This document shows positions 1 to 13,167 of a DNA stretch of 64,000 nt, piece by piece. The translations under genes were made by a program, and so were the position numbers. The DNA comes from Lama guanicoe (Eukaryota): the NCBI GenBank assembly GCA_013239625.1, contig MU054187.1, forward strand, positions 1,549,964 through 1,613,963, read 5' to 3'. The stretch's first letter is position 1; each line of letters begins with the position of its first letter. The notes beneath the pieces are model-generated. The model did no database searches. It had not been told where the DNA came from and saw only the letters and a program-made list of their open reading frames with translations.

Positions 1-809
1 TACATAATTACAGCACCGTGAGATAATGCTGAGAAAGAGCTACAGGGGATTTTCATTTCTTTCTGAAGGTTTCCACGTTGTACTGCCTTCGCCTAGTGAT
101 ACGCAGGCCAGTTGAGACCTGAGACCTGTATTTGACTTCAGCTTGGAGTCTGGAAGAGTCACTGCATAGAGGAATCTCCAATGAGGTAAATGAGGTATAT
201 GGTCCTGTGCTTTTATTTCTAATCATTCAATGCAACCGTATTTATGGAAGGAGTTTGATTTTACGGGTATTTCAAACCAAGTACTTAAATTGAACTTGTG
301 ATTTTGTGACACCTTCCCTAGGCAATTAGCCATCTAACTACCCGCTTCCTGCAATTTATAAGAATTTACCTTAAACCTGGTTGAGCAAAACCACGTCTCA
401 ACACAAAGGAATGATCTCATCATCAAATCATAATTGAGTGGAAAAACATGAAGGCATTTAATTTATTTTAATAAGGAAGTGAAGTGACTGATGTTCAATG
501 AATGAGATAGTATCACTCAATGTGAATTATAGAGAACAATCCACAAAGGGAAGTTTCACTTTTCTATAGCATATTTCACATAATATATATAAATTCTCTT
601 TAAACCTTTCTACGTGATAAAACTGTTCCTTTAATAAGTGCATTATTTGAGAGTTCCAGTCATTATCAAATAACATATCTAACATGTCTGGAGAACACTG
701 CCTGGATCTTTAGTAATCTTATCCACTTCATTAGAATCCATACGATTTATCTACTAAAAATAAAGTCCGTATGATCAGCATCTTGGCTGCCGTGTTTAGA
801 AAAATGGTT

Positions 810-1340
810 TTATTTATGTATTTATTTTAAAAACGATGTAACATCTAGAGTGTCGGGCACGATGCTAAGACTGGTGAGGAAGCAGCGATCAAAACAAGGT
901 CTCTACTCACGGGCCTGGAGCTTCACTGAAGCAGCTGTAGTTAAACGAAGCAGAAATGTCTGCTAACAGCTTGTGTTCAACGTAAGATGAGAAATAAACG
1001 ATGTTCTGACAGACTGTGAAAAGGGACTGACTCAGCGCGTGTGGTAGGGAGGGGTTAAGCGAAGCCTTCCCCAGTGCTCGTATGTAAGAGGAGGACATTT
1101 AAAAGAAGCAGTGAAGGAGCAGCACTGCAGGCAGAGGAGGCAGCGTGCAGACAGCACTCGGTCAGACGGGAGCTGCAGAGCTCCTGGGAGCTGCAAGGCC
1201 ACGGTGACGGCCCGTCCTCGCTGGGCCGCAAGGAGAGGAACGGACGGCGGCTGGGGCGGGCGCCCAGGACCACGCCCTGCAGGAAGGGCTCAGCTTGCCC
1301 AGGATTCTGGGCTTCACTTCAGGACGTGGGACGCTAAGGA
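810..1340 (-). mobile_element. Degenerate LINE-2 3' fragment
   Basis: GTGTCGGGCACGATGCTAAGACTGGTGAGGAAGCAGCGATCAAAACAAGG resembles the reverse complement of the L2 3' end. Heavily diverged; boundaries approximate. Confidence 0.4.
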
Positions 1341-1716
1341 CGGGTCAGAGCAGACGAATGGTGTTGTCAGATGAGTGTTTTTAAAAGCTCTCTCCAAACA
1401 CAACAGACACTGCAGAGGGGAGACACCGAAGCGGGGACAGCAGATAGGACACAACGTAGTCCAGGCAAAACTGGGCGGGCGCCAGCAAGACGCCTGCGGT
1501 GAAGACGGAAGGACCCACGAGTCTGACACATGCTCGCCGACAGAGGCCAGCAGGGCATTCTTCTCAGCCTGGATGGGACTGAACTACTTTAACACAAGCT
1601 TTCAAACTACCTGCTTAGAGGAATTCTACACCTGGTTCTTCAATGAGCTGGAGCATTAGAAAGCAAAGCCCTGTCACAGCTGTGATCTGAGGAACTCTCC
1701 GAGGACCCCAAACGTC

Positions 1717-1775
1717 ACTCACACATACACACACACAGACATAAACACACATAGACACACACACATATGTGTGTA
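1717..1775. repeat. Interrupted (CA)n microsatellite
   Basis: ACACATACACACACACAGACATAAACACACATAGACACACACACATATGTGTGT read directly. Confidence 0.85.
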
Positions 1776-3235
1776 TTTATATTCACCGATTCATATTGAA
1801 AGCCACATTTAGGAATAGATAAACAGATAGGTATTATTTAACTTATATTAAGACCTGGAAGTGAGAATCCAGCATTATCTGAAGAAGCCACACTCAGCTC
1901 TGAAAGAAGAGCCTGATAGCTTTAGTGAAGCTGTCAGAACGCAGGCATATGCTTATTGAATCCAAAGTTTGCATTTTCTAAAATATACAAAGAGAGGTTG
2001 AAGCAAACGTCCCTTACTTCGGTGGTATCTGTGGTCCTGTCTTACGTGGGGAAGAAGTGTCTTCCTGAGCAGTGCATGCTAGTGCCTGTCTGGTCTGAAG
2101 GTGAGACTCCGAAACCACTGACTGTCAGCGCCGAGCGGCGCTGAGGCGCAAGTGGAGACTGCGATGCTGGCCGCGATGTCTCGTGATCTTGCTGAAAAAT
2201 GCTGTTCCCCAATATTCCTCCTGTGAAACTTGGAGGTTGGATCAAATGATCCGCAAAGACTCCTCCAGCTCAGTATACGATGATAGAAAGTTCCTTAAGT
2301 GAAAAATGCATACGATGGACAGGAGATTGGCCACACTTTCAACTAAATCCCTTAAAAGCACTTCTGGTACCAGGCTCTTCCAGAAGCCAGGTTTAGACAG
2401 CAAACTTCACAGGCAGAGGGCAAAGAGAGGCGCGCCCACTTCCTCAGCAGGAGGGAGGCACGCCCTGCGGCTGCTCCCCTGCGGTCACTGCAGCATGGCT
2501 GTCCGCGGGGTCCCCGGGGGTGTCACCCGTCCCCCAAACCTGCATTTGCCCCCCCAGAGGGGACAGCCCCTCGTAAGTGCCCCAACACACAACGGCAGAG
2601 CCACACACCCAAGCGCTGGGACCCAGGCGCCTGGGCGGGCAGGCGGGCAGGAGTCACCTCTGTGAAAAGTGACTGCTAATGTCTATTTTAAACCCTTTGA
2701 GTTCAAGTATTTAATTTCTCCTAATTTACCTTCTCTGTCGCGTGTTCACTCCACTTCCAGTTACCAACCAATAGATTAAAACAGCAGCTTCCCTGGTAGC
2801 GCGTCTCAGAGTAGACACGTTTCCACACTGACATTATTTCTGTAAAGCACCGTATTCATTGGTTATAAATAAATAATTATAAGGTGAAATGAGCACACAT
2901 TTGTTTCTTGAAGGCGCTCTTGCACCAAATGTCACACCGGGTGTGCTGAGCAAAGACAGCTTCCTCCTGCCGGCATTCGGTCAACACTCGCGACACGGAA
3001 GCCATCACTCACTCGGGTCCACTCCCTGCTCAGTGGGCAATTTCAAAGGGAAAAAAAGCATCGGGTAGACTAATCTCTTCTATTTGAAAATAGAGGAACA
3101 CATCACTTGACTTACGAGCTTCCTTTCATGTAAAGGTCCCAAAGCACTTTTTGAAAAGCGCCTCTTCAGTTTCCCCAGCAGGCGTGTGAGGGACGTGCTG
3201 GCCGTGGGTTGGAAATGGCAGGGAAGCATCCACAT

Positions 3236-3620
3236 GGCTTGAGTGAAGTGGCCCGAGAGAGAAAGACAAACGCCAGACACGGTCACTTACATGTGGAATC
3301 TTAAAAAAAGGACACAAAAAACTTACTTACAAAACAGAGACAGACTCACAGACGTAGAAAACACACTTGCAGTTACCGGGGGGAAGGGGGTGGGAAGAGA
3401 GAAACTGGGACTTCAGGGTTTGCAGATACACACAACTACATATGAAAGAGATAAACAAGGTTTTTCTACATAGCCCAGGGAACTGCATTCAGTACCCTGT
3501 AATGGCCTATAATGAAAACTAACATGAAAAGCAATACATATGTATGTGTGTGTAAGAATCACTGCGCTGTACGCCGGGATTAACACAACACTGTGCACTG
3601 ACTGTCCCTCAGTAAAAAGC
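3236..3620 (+). mobile_element. L1 3' end fragment (older subfamily)
   Basis: AGTGAAGT...AGAGAAAGACAAA...CACTTACATGTGGAATCTTAAAAAAAGGACAC...ACAGACTCACAGAC...AACACAACACTGT. Colinear with the copies at 4650 and 57540. Confidence 0.85.
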
Positions 3621-3639
3621 AAAACAGAAGCAAAGCCAG

Positions 3640-3960
3640 CGACGAGGCCTAGGCGGTGGGGTCCACCGCTGCGCCCCTGCCCCAGGTCCTCTCCGGCGGG
3701 CATCCGAGGCAGGACCCTCACCCGACGGCTGAAACTGAGATCGTGGTGCTGAGGGGAAGGCGGCGACAGGAGACCCGCAGCGACGCACGCAGACGGGGCG
3801 AGGAGACGGCGGAGTGAAGGCCGAGTCCCCGGGCCCAGCAGCCCGGCGCGCGGAGACCCCGAGGACCGGGGCGGGGTTTCTGCTCCGTTTGTTTGATGAA
3901 GGGACCAGCCGAGCCGACCCCCACACGGGAGACCAGGGGCGGCTTCCGGGGTCTGGCCAG
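3640..3960. promoter_or_regulatory. Small CpG-rich island
   Basis: Dense CG dinucleotides and high GC by eye. Function unknown. Confidence 0.4.
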
Positions 3961-4649
3961 AGTCAGGCTGTCTGTGGAACTTCTCTCATCTCTTTTTTAC
4001 TAAAAAGCCAAAGGAAAAGGAAGTCTTGGAAATCTTCAGATTTGCCAGCAAGGAAATTACTGAGAACCAAGGAAAAGGACCGTCTTCAACAACCCTCTTG
4101 AACGTGACTTCTCAGAGAAGGCAGGAGAGCTCGGCGGGCTGTCCGCGTCCTCCCGCACCTGCGGCTGACTCGCCAGGACTGTGATGCTCTCTCACGGCGC
4201 TCGGAGACCAGGCCCTCCCTGCTGGGGACCTCTTTATTTTGGAGAGAAGCATGGGGTTGCGTGCAGAGGCACGTGCTTGCACCTACAGTCTCTGTGATGA
4301 ATCCAGATGGGAAAAGCGCCCAGCCTGGGTTTTAGATAATCTGCTGTTATGCAAAACTCTGAAAAATAAAGGTTAACTTTTTAGCTGCAACTCAGTAACA
4401 ATGAGTTGAGGGGACAAGTTTTTTCACGATGAGAAAGGGCAGATGCAAAGCTTCGTGTCGGTTACACAAGCCTTCGCTTTCAGGGCCGCGTCCAGCACTG
4501 CACTGGTGCTTTCTCCTTGGTCTTTTGAGCTTTGTGTTTTATTTAGTTAGCAATTACAAATGCTAAAGAGAAATCCACAAAAATAAGTCTTTAAACAGAC
4601 AGGAAATCAAGGTTGATGATGTCTTCATGAAAAAGAAGTGCCCAACAGA

Positions 4650-5262
4650 CATATGACTGCGTCCCGCCCCTGGGCATGTACCCCAAGGGAGCTCTAATTG
4701 GAAAAGACACCTGCACCCCAATCTTCACAGCAGCAGTATTTACAACAGCCAAGACATGGAGACAGCCTAAGTGTCCATCAACAGAGGACTGGGTAAAGAA
4801 GCTGTGGTATACCTATACAATGGAATACTACTCTGCCATAAAAAGTAATAAAATAATGCCATTTGCAGCAACATAGATGGACCTGGACATCATCATTCTA
4901 AGTGAATTAAGCCAGAAAGAGAAAGAAAAATATCATATGTTATCACTCATATGTGGAATCTTAGGAAAAAAGGACACAGATGAACTTATTTGCAAAACAG
5001 AGGGAGACTCACAGACACGGAAAACACACTTATAGTTACCAGGGGGGAAGCTGGAGGTGAGGGAGGGTGCACTAGGAGTTTGAGATTAGCAGATACAGAC
5101 TACTAGAAACAAAACAGACTAACAGCAAGGTCTACTGTACAGCACAGGGCACTACATTCAGGATCTTGGAACAGCCTGTAATGAAAAGAACGGGAAAATG
5201 AACGTAGGTGTGTAACTGAGCCACCTCGCTGTCCACCAGACACTAATCGAACACTGTAAATG
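4650..5262 (+). mobile_element. L1 3' fragment (ORF2 C-terminus plus 3' UTR)
   Basis: ORF 4676-4876 reads [47 protein letters not shown], the L1 ORF2p C-terminal motif, followed by typical 3' UTR. Confidence 0.92.
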
Positions 5263-6038
5263 TGTGACTGCAGGAGCCTGCAGATGAACGTGATGAAGGG
5301 GACCTGGCAGGTCGCAGTTCTCTGTGCTTCAGCTTTCTGACCAGCCTCCGTCTGACTAAACGATGGTCCCATTTGGGGCTGCTGTGGTCACTGGCTCAGC
5401 CAACGCTTCGCCTGGTGCCTTTCAACTCCAAGCCGGTCCCCCCTCCCCAGGCTCTGCTGTCCACGGCTCCTCTCCTGGTCAGATTCCTCCAGGGAAGGTG
5501 ACAGAGGGAGGCAGGAGGCAGAGGAGGCCCAGGTCACAGTGTGTCACCCCCCTTCTCCCCAGACAGCATGCACTCAGCACCGCCTGGCCACACCACCTCC
5601 TCCCGCTGGGACCAGAGAAGCTATGACCAGACTGTGACCAGCCAGGGATGGTCTGGCCTCTAGCACCACAGAATGCACCTTCGTCAGAGAGCACAAAGAG
5701 GGAGAGAGGACAAAACAGTAGTGTCTACCAAACAGAGGACCGGAAAGCTCCCAGCCACTCACATCCGCATCTGGGAAGAAATGAACACAGTCGAATGTGT
5801 CTAGAAACGTTGACAGCCAGCTGCACCCAGCCTCTCTGGGTCCTGCTAATGACCGGTGTCCCTGCCTCAGAATTAAATCAGGTCACCCGGACACGCTTCC
5901 CCATCACTCTTCTTCTGTTCACAGCCTCAGCATAGCTATTTTATCTACTGGGGCTTAAGGTAAAGGGGCGCACGCAGGGCCATTCTTTCTGTGGGCTTGG
6001 AAACTTGACACACATCTGAGTAGATGTGAATTTTTCCC

Positions 6039-6658
6039 TGATTATGCAGCCGAGCAGGACCCTCTGGGGCCTTCCCAGGACAGACCACCTCCCCATGTCC
6101 TCCACCTGCTTCTTCTCTGTAGGAAAACTTTAATCTCCCAGGCCTTTCCCGAGTTCCAAAGAGTACATTAAATCAGAGAAGTGAGAAAATGCAGAGAAAA
6201 AGGAAAATCATCCAGCAAGACAAAATAATAACAGTTTAGCCATTAAACAAAGCCAAGGACCCTTAGCTCCCCGTCAGGGGTTACAGGTTATATTCTGACC
6301 CTGTCCTCGGATTGCAGTGCAGAGCCTGAAACCCCCGCCAGGTGGGAGAAGCTACCTCTCTGCTGCCCACACGCGCACGGACCCCTTCTGGAACCGGAGG
6401 CGGATGCTGACTCCGGATGACCTCCCCGCCAGCCAGTCCGAAGAACGTCCACCAGCTGACCACGCCCCTCACACCCCCCTCCCTCCCTGTCCTTAAACAC
6501 CCTTTCCCGTCAGGGACTTCGGGTCTTTTAAGCGCCAGCTGCCTGGACTCCTTGCCCGGCGCCCTGCGATTATGCTGCACTTTTCTTCACTACGACCCGG
6601 GGTCAGCAGGCTGGCTTCACGCGCGCCCACGAGCAGACCCAAGTTTGGTTCGCTAACA
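6039..6658 (+). mobile_element. Probable solo ERV1-class LTR
   Basis: About 620 bp bounded by TG...CA, ending AGACCCAAGTTTGGTTCGCTAACA, which resembles artiodactyl ERV LTR termini. No internal gag/pol and no clean TSD seen. Confidence 0.65.
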
Positions 6659-7670
6659 GTTCTTTCTGTTTGGATTCCTTACACTCACTTTTCCTGCCCC
6701 ACCCGATTCGCCAAACTCAGAAGCAATGACTGGAGAAGACACAGTGGACAGCTGGTTAGGACAGGCATGGGGATGGAACCCACACCGGAATTCTCACCCG
6801 CCACCGCAAACCCCAACCTGCACCCCAGGGAGTACTGGGACGGCATCTTGGCGGAGGAGCAGCTTGCGGTACCTTGCAGCCAAACCTTGGGAAAAGCCAT
6901 ATAATGTGCACAATTTATGCATGTTTCATTTTTCCTGGGGGAGCTGATTTCATGATTTTCACCTACTGTGATTCAAAGTGACAACAACAATACAGAGGCT
7001 GCTGTTCATTCTCTCGCCACATTTAAAAGGCTGGAAGTTGCACCAGTAATCAGACACTGGAAAACATTATCCACTTTCCAAGCCAAGTAAAGCAGAATTA
7101 ATGGTTTAACAAGCAAAACAAACCAAAGGAAAAAGCTTTGAAGCAAGGTACGTAAATACAGAAAATCACTGTCAAATTTTTTTTTAATTTTGTACCAATG
7201 ATGACAAAATGTTCCAAATTAATGTTACTTCAACATCAGTCTGTGTCGTCCGCATTAGTATGGTCGCCAAAGCAGATGTTACTTCTCCTGGTTATTTCTG
7301 TAGCTGTTTTCAAGCAGAGGAATCTAAGTGCCAGTCCTTTTTCTACAGAATGTGGGTGTATAACCATAAAGGCTATCATTACACATCCCCTAGACTGCTC
7401 CTCAGAGACAGCACTAAGGCAGTAGCACAGGGTCGGGGGCTGGTCAGCAGGGGCGTGAAAATGTGTGCCTAGCTCCTGTCTCTCTTCTGCCCAACCTCCC
7501 TGAAGTTAATCTTCAAAGCGCTTCTGCCAAGCTTCCGTGGATTTCTGCTTGCAGAAATACCGCTTTGATTGCCTTACTTCCAAAAGAGACCTACACAGCA
7601 CTTCTTCCTGTGCTGGAAGCAAACCATTGTGATTATTTGCTGCTGACGTCTTCCATCAAAAACACTTGGT

Positions 7671-8810
7671 CATTTCTCTGATAATTAATGATATTGAGCA
7701 TTTTTTCATGTGCTATTGATCATTTGTATTTCTTCCTTGGAGAATTGCTTGTTTAGGTCTTCTGCCCACTTTTGGATTGGGTTGTTTGGTTGTTTCTTAT
7801 TAACTCGTATGAGCTGCTTACGTATTCTGGAGATCAAGCCTTTGTCGGTTTCATTTGCAAACATTTTCTCCCATTCCATAGGTTGTCGTTTTGTTTTACT
7901 TCTGGTTTCCTTTGCTGTGCAGAAGCTTGTAAGTTTCATTAGGTTCCATTTGTTTATTCTTACTTTCATTTCTATTGCTTGGGTAGACTGCCCTAGGAGA
8001 ACGTTTTTGAGATGTATGTCAGATAATGTTTTGCCTATGTTTTCTTCTAGGAGGTTAATAGTATCTTGTCTTATGTTTAAGTCTTTGATCCATTTTGAGT
8101 TTATTTTTGTGTATGGTGTAAGGGAGTGTTCTAGCTTCATTGCTTTACAGGCTGCTGTCCAGTTTTCCCAACACCATTTGCTGAAGAGACTGTCTTTATT
8201 CCATTGTATATTCTTGCCTCCTTTGTCAAAGATGAGTTGACCAAAAGTTTGTGGGTTCATTTCTGGGCTCTCTGTTCTGTTCCATTGGTCCATATGTTTG
8301 TTTTCCTACCAATACCATGCTGTCTTGATGATGGTAGCTCTGTAGTATTGTCTGAAGTCTGGGAGAGTTATTCCTCCAGCCTCTTTCTTTCTCTTCGGTA
8401 ATGCTTTGGCAATTCTAGGTCTTTGATGGTTCCATATAAATTTTATTATGCTTTGTTCTAGTTCTGTGAAATATGTCCTGGGTAATTTGATAGGGATTGC
8501 ACTAAATCTGTAGATGGCCTTGGGCAGTGTGACCATTTTAACAATATCGAGTCTTCCAATCCAGGAGCGTGGGATATCTTTTCATTTTTTGAAGTCTTCT
8601 TTAATTTCCTTCATCAGTGTTTTATAGTTTTCTGTGTATAAGTCTTTCACCTCCTTGGTTAGATTTATTCCTAGGTATTTTATTACTGTGGGTGCTATTT
8701 TAAAGCGGATTATTTCTTTACTTTCTTTTTCTATTGATTCATCATTAGTGTAAAGAAATGCAACTGATTTTTGAACGTTAATCTTGTAACCTGCTACCTT
8801 GCTGAATTCT
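7671..8810 (-). mobile_element. Inverted 5' segment of a twin-primed young L1 (ORF2 fragment)
   Basis: Minus-strand ORFs 7706-8293, 8306-8536 and part of 8582-8857 encode L1 ORF2p ([43 protein letters not shown]). Reverse complement of about 31201-32340. Confidence 0.95.
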
Positions 8811-9189
8811 AAGTGAAGTAAGCCAGAAAGAGAAAGAAAAATACCATATGAGGTCACTCATATGTGGACTCTAAAAACAAAAACAAAAACAACAACAAAA
8901 AAGCATAAATACAAAACAGAAACAGATTCATAGACATAGAATACAAACTTGTGGTTGCCAAGGGGGCGGAGGGTGGGAAGGGATAGATGGGATTTCAAAA
9001 TTGTAGAATAGATAAACAAGATTATACTGCATAGCACAGGGAAATATATACAAGATCTTGTGGTAGCTCACAGAGAAAGGAATGTGATAATGAATACATA
9101 TATGTTCATGTATAACTGAAAAATTGTGCTCTACACTGGAATTTGACACAACATTGTAAAATGATTATAAACCAATAAAAAAAGTTAAA
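8806..9189 (+). mobile_element. Non-inverted 3' end and A-tail of the same L1 insertion
   Basis: ATTCTAAGTGAAGTAAGCCAGAAAG...AAATTGTGCTCTACACTGGAATTTGACAC...AATAAAAAAAGTTAAAA. Diverged TSD at 7658-7672 and 9190-9204. Confidence 0.95.
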
Positions 9190-12100
9190 AAAAATACTCA
9201 GTCAAATAAATAATATTTTTGCAACATCCCCTGCACAGAAACTCATACAGAGACCGAAGTCTTCCTCTCCTGTGACAGAAATACACACGTTGTCAAGAAC
9301 GCCACTCCAGGAATGCATTTTGTCAACAAAAATGTTCTGAGAAGGAAAGGAGAATGAAGTTTAGGCTAGTGTTTCACGAGGTAGCCACTGGAAATTTAAG
9401 AGACTTCTGAGAAGTCGAGAAAACTTCACATTCAGCTCCTCTTCCTTGAGAAAACCTCCTGAGGCAGGCTTGGCCTTGGCGAGGCGCACGTGGGTGAAGA
9501 AGACGTGTTCCTGGCTGGTCAGCCCCAGGCCAGCGCACGCTGCCCACAAGCGCCCGGTGTGCAGCCTTAGGGATCTGTATTCCTCCCAAGCCGACACCAC
9601 CCGTGTGTTCTCAGGCACCAGGAATGTTCTTTTGGGCACAAAATACCAACGTTTTCTTCCTCTTGATGTTTTTTTTTTCTTTTTTTACAGACAGAATCAT
9701 GAAAGATCGCAGAAGCAGCCTGCACAACACAGACGAGGTCTTGCCGAGGCCAGGGGGCGCGTACGCGATAAACGCAGGGCCCGGCCTCACCGAAACGTCT
9801 GTGGGCCCAGCGTCTGCAAGTGCCCTTGCACAGAGGGGCACAGGTGCCAGGTTCTTCACTGCCAGTCCCGAATCACGGCCGAGACGAACGTCGGACCTGC
9901 CTCCTTCCACAGCCGCGCGACTGCACTTCCCCGCCTGAGCAGCAAGCGCTAAGCCGGCTTGGACCCCTCGCCCAGGGGCTCCGCCGAGCGTGCAGACAGG
10001 CTTCTCCTTCGCCATATAATGGCTAGTTTATGATGCTTTAAGATAAGGCTTGCCTACCTGGGGAAAGCCTAACTGGTCAAGTGTCAGGATTCTCAGATCA
10101 ACCCTTGTGTTCACAGGAAGGACGGAGGCGCGGGTCGCCCCGTGGGGTACGGGCCTCGGGCCTCCGCTGGGAAGGACGCCCCTGCGCGTGGGAGGGCCGA
10201 CGTCCCCGAGCGCCGCACCTGGGGCTTCGCCAGGCCCCCCATGTCCTGCGGCGACCAGCACAGTCGTGCTGAGTTTCTTCAGGGAGGCACTTTAAGAGAA
10301 TAATTTAGTTTTAATACTTCAAATCTTAATCCAGCAAACAGATTTCAAAGCTATGGGGAGAAGAACTCTGGTTCAGCGCAGTGAGCGGGGTGCGCCAGTC
10401 GGCCTCACTCTCTTTCGAGATTCCACTGAAATAACAGCCCAGATGGTCGATACAAATAAATAAACCCACAACCATCAAAGGGACAGGACAGGGGAGGCTG
10501 CAGGCATGACAAGAGGTTTCAGCGAATTCTGGAAACATAAAACGTGCGGGCGAGGGTGGACGGAAGAAGCAGAGACAGCTGCGGCCGGGAGGATTCTACG
10601 GGGGGCAGGAACCATCCGAGTGCCGGGCCCAGAGACCCCACCCGGTGGGGGCGGGGAGGGGGGAGGGGGTGGAGACAGAGGGCTTGACCGAGCCCGCGGA
10701 CGGGAAACACGGTTACTAGGTAGCTGCCAACCTCTATCAGGAAAAAATGTGCATAAATATACATCAGCTCTTCTCTGCAGGAACTGAACAAACCCGACAG
10801 AGGAAAAGCAATGAAATTTGTGTGGGGCCGGAGCTCAAGAGAAGGCCTTTCTCTGTCCAGTATTTTGAGAGGAGACGTCTTCCATTTTCCTGCCTCACTG
10901 TCCAAACTAAGATTCCCCAAAAGGGGAAATTTCGCAAGAAAACAGACCTGTGTAATTCTGCATTTTCTTTCTTTTCAGAAAAAAAGACAACCATGTCTTC
11001 AGCTAAAGATACAATAAACGCGTTAAGATGAGGTCTCAGAGGAGACAAAGCAGCAGGCTGCTCTCGTCGATGAAGACAAAGCAAAAGGAGGCTGCGCAAG
11101 TGTCCCTTTGGCGCCCACTGCCATTTAATGACGCGCTCTTAAGACGGAACACCCACTAGAACGGGGCACACATCACGCTTCCCCCAGGCCAGGCAGCTGG
11201 GCTGCGACGATCCCGGACAAACTCAAACAGACAGAACACGGCGGGTCCTGCAGAAGCTGGCCCCCAACCCCACCCTCTCTGCGCAGGTGGCCCGTCTGAG
11301 GTCTGAACACCACGCGTGTTCCAGCTGTTGGGTTCTTCTCCTGAAAACAAAATCCAACTATGCAATTTTCAGTGTTTGGGTTTGTTCTTCTTTTTCTCAG
11401 AAATGGAACCGGCAGGGCACGGGGTGCGTACGGCCACTTGTGGGAGTTTCCGCGCCAAGTCTGCAGAGCGGCTTCACCTGACTTGTCAGGTGCCGTTCGT
11501 CTCTCCCGCCCTGTTCCCACGTGGGTTACCCACTTCTCCCCACTGATTTCAAGCCACAGAGTGTCTCAGAGTGGCTCCATTTAATCATGCAAAGGTGCAG
11601 GCCCCGCATCACAGGCGGACAACACCGCGTCCCGGCCCCCAGGCCGTCACTACGTCGTGTAAACACAATGTGCAAAGCAGGAGCGAAGGATGCCTGAAGA
11701 GCCAGCGTGGTGTCTCTGTGACGTCAGCGGGTCCCCAAAGGCCTCTGGCTGTTGCGGGGCGACTTGCTTGGAATGAACGTGCCAGAGTCAAACGGGTTCT
11801 ATCCTGCCCTGGGAGTAAAAGAAAATGTCTGTGGAATTAGCAAAAGTTGCAGCCGCCATTCAGCTCTGAGATGTCTCAGATCTCTTCTGTCCCTCACAAT
11901 CCTGGGCCTAAAAACTGGCGTTGCACCTGGAACTTGAAAAAGTAACTTGATGTTCCCCCTTTCCTGGTAATGCTCTTGACTAGAAAGATGCTAGGTGGAT
12001 GGGAAAGTAACTTGTTAACTCTTTTAAAGTCAGTGAGTCGTAATAATTAAGACTGAAATGATAATTAAGTGAAGCTAGAATAATAATTAAGATCGGAACC

Positions 12101-13167
12101 CTGAGATGCATCACGAGGAACCGCGTGCTTATTTGCATTTCAGGACAGAGAGGATTTTCTTGTCCAGAGAAGACAAAGAAGGGTGTGTCTGATGTAATAC
12201 GATGAACATTGGAGATGAATTAATTGTCGTGCTGGAGGAGAGAAAGCAACGTGTCGTGTTTTAATCCCCTTGGAACGAGCCCTGTCCAGTCCTCAGTGTC
12301 CCCCGTGTACGTCATCCAGGAGGTATTTCCACAGCTGCCACTTCAGAAGGGCTTTTCTCAAAGTCGTAAGCGGCACAGCTGAGGATGGAAAGGTCTCTGT
12401 TTCTCTCAGAAATCCTGTGATGAAACGGAAAAGGATGCCTTCAAAGCAGAGGGCTGAGCAGGGCAAGGCTCAGACCCACAGACGTAAATGCCCGCCCCGC
12501 ACCTCACTTCTAAACGGATTTCTACCAAATCATCAGAATGACTCCGACGGCGACACACAGCCGTGCCCCGCGGACTGCCTGCAGGAAGCGCCTCACGCCC
12601 GAAAGTCACCGTGAAGAGGAACAGAGCACGCACCCCCCCCCGACTCTAGCTCACACGGTGGACACACAGAGCCGCACCTGGTGCTACCTGCCTGGAAGAC
12701 ACACAGAAAGGGGAGCTTTACTCTTACCTGTTTGCATGCGATGTATTTATTTAATCACAATGAGAAATATTTTTGAAAGAAGAAAATAAAAACACTTAAG
12801 GAAAAGAATCACTCCTGTTTCACTCGCAGGCTTCTTTCTCACAAAATCGTTATTACAGGAGCAGCGCGTCAGACACGCGCCGCAAAAGCCATCACAGAGG
12901 GATGAGAGGCGGTGGCTGGGAGGGGCGAGCCCTTCCCGCTGCTCCGGGCTGGAGCCGGGAGGCAGAGCTGCGCCTTCGGAAACTGGGCATTGCGGCCGCG
13001 GTCACGGTGCTCCTCCCTGGGTCCAACCCGGGGTCCACCCATCACAGACGCCACCGTGTCAGACCCCACAGTGGCCGCTTTCCCGTCTGCACAAAACAAC
13101 TTGGTCTCTGCAACTCCAAATGACAAACTTTGTCCAGAGAAGACAAAGAATGATATATTGGATGTAA

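Noticed and set aside
9..30. Possible REST/RE1 site (CAGCACC...)
   Set aside because: Only the left half-site matches; the GGACAG half is absent.
69..185. + strand exon-like segment (AG...GAG|GTAAAT)
   Set aside because: Stops in all three frames and no partner exons.
7710..8240. Hydrophobic 176-aa ORF resembling a membrane protein
   Set aside because: It is the antisense reading of L1 ORF2; the same translation recurs at 31610-32347 on the minus strand.
11442..11451. NF-kB site GGGAGTTTCC
   Set aside because: A single degenerate 10-mer match is expected by chance in 64 kb.
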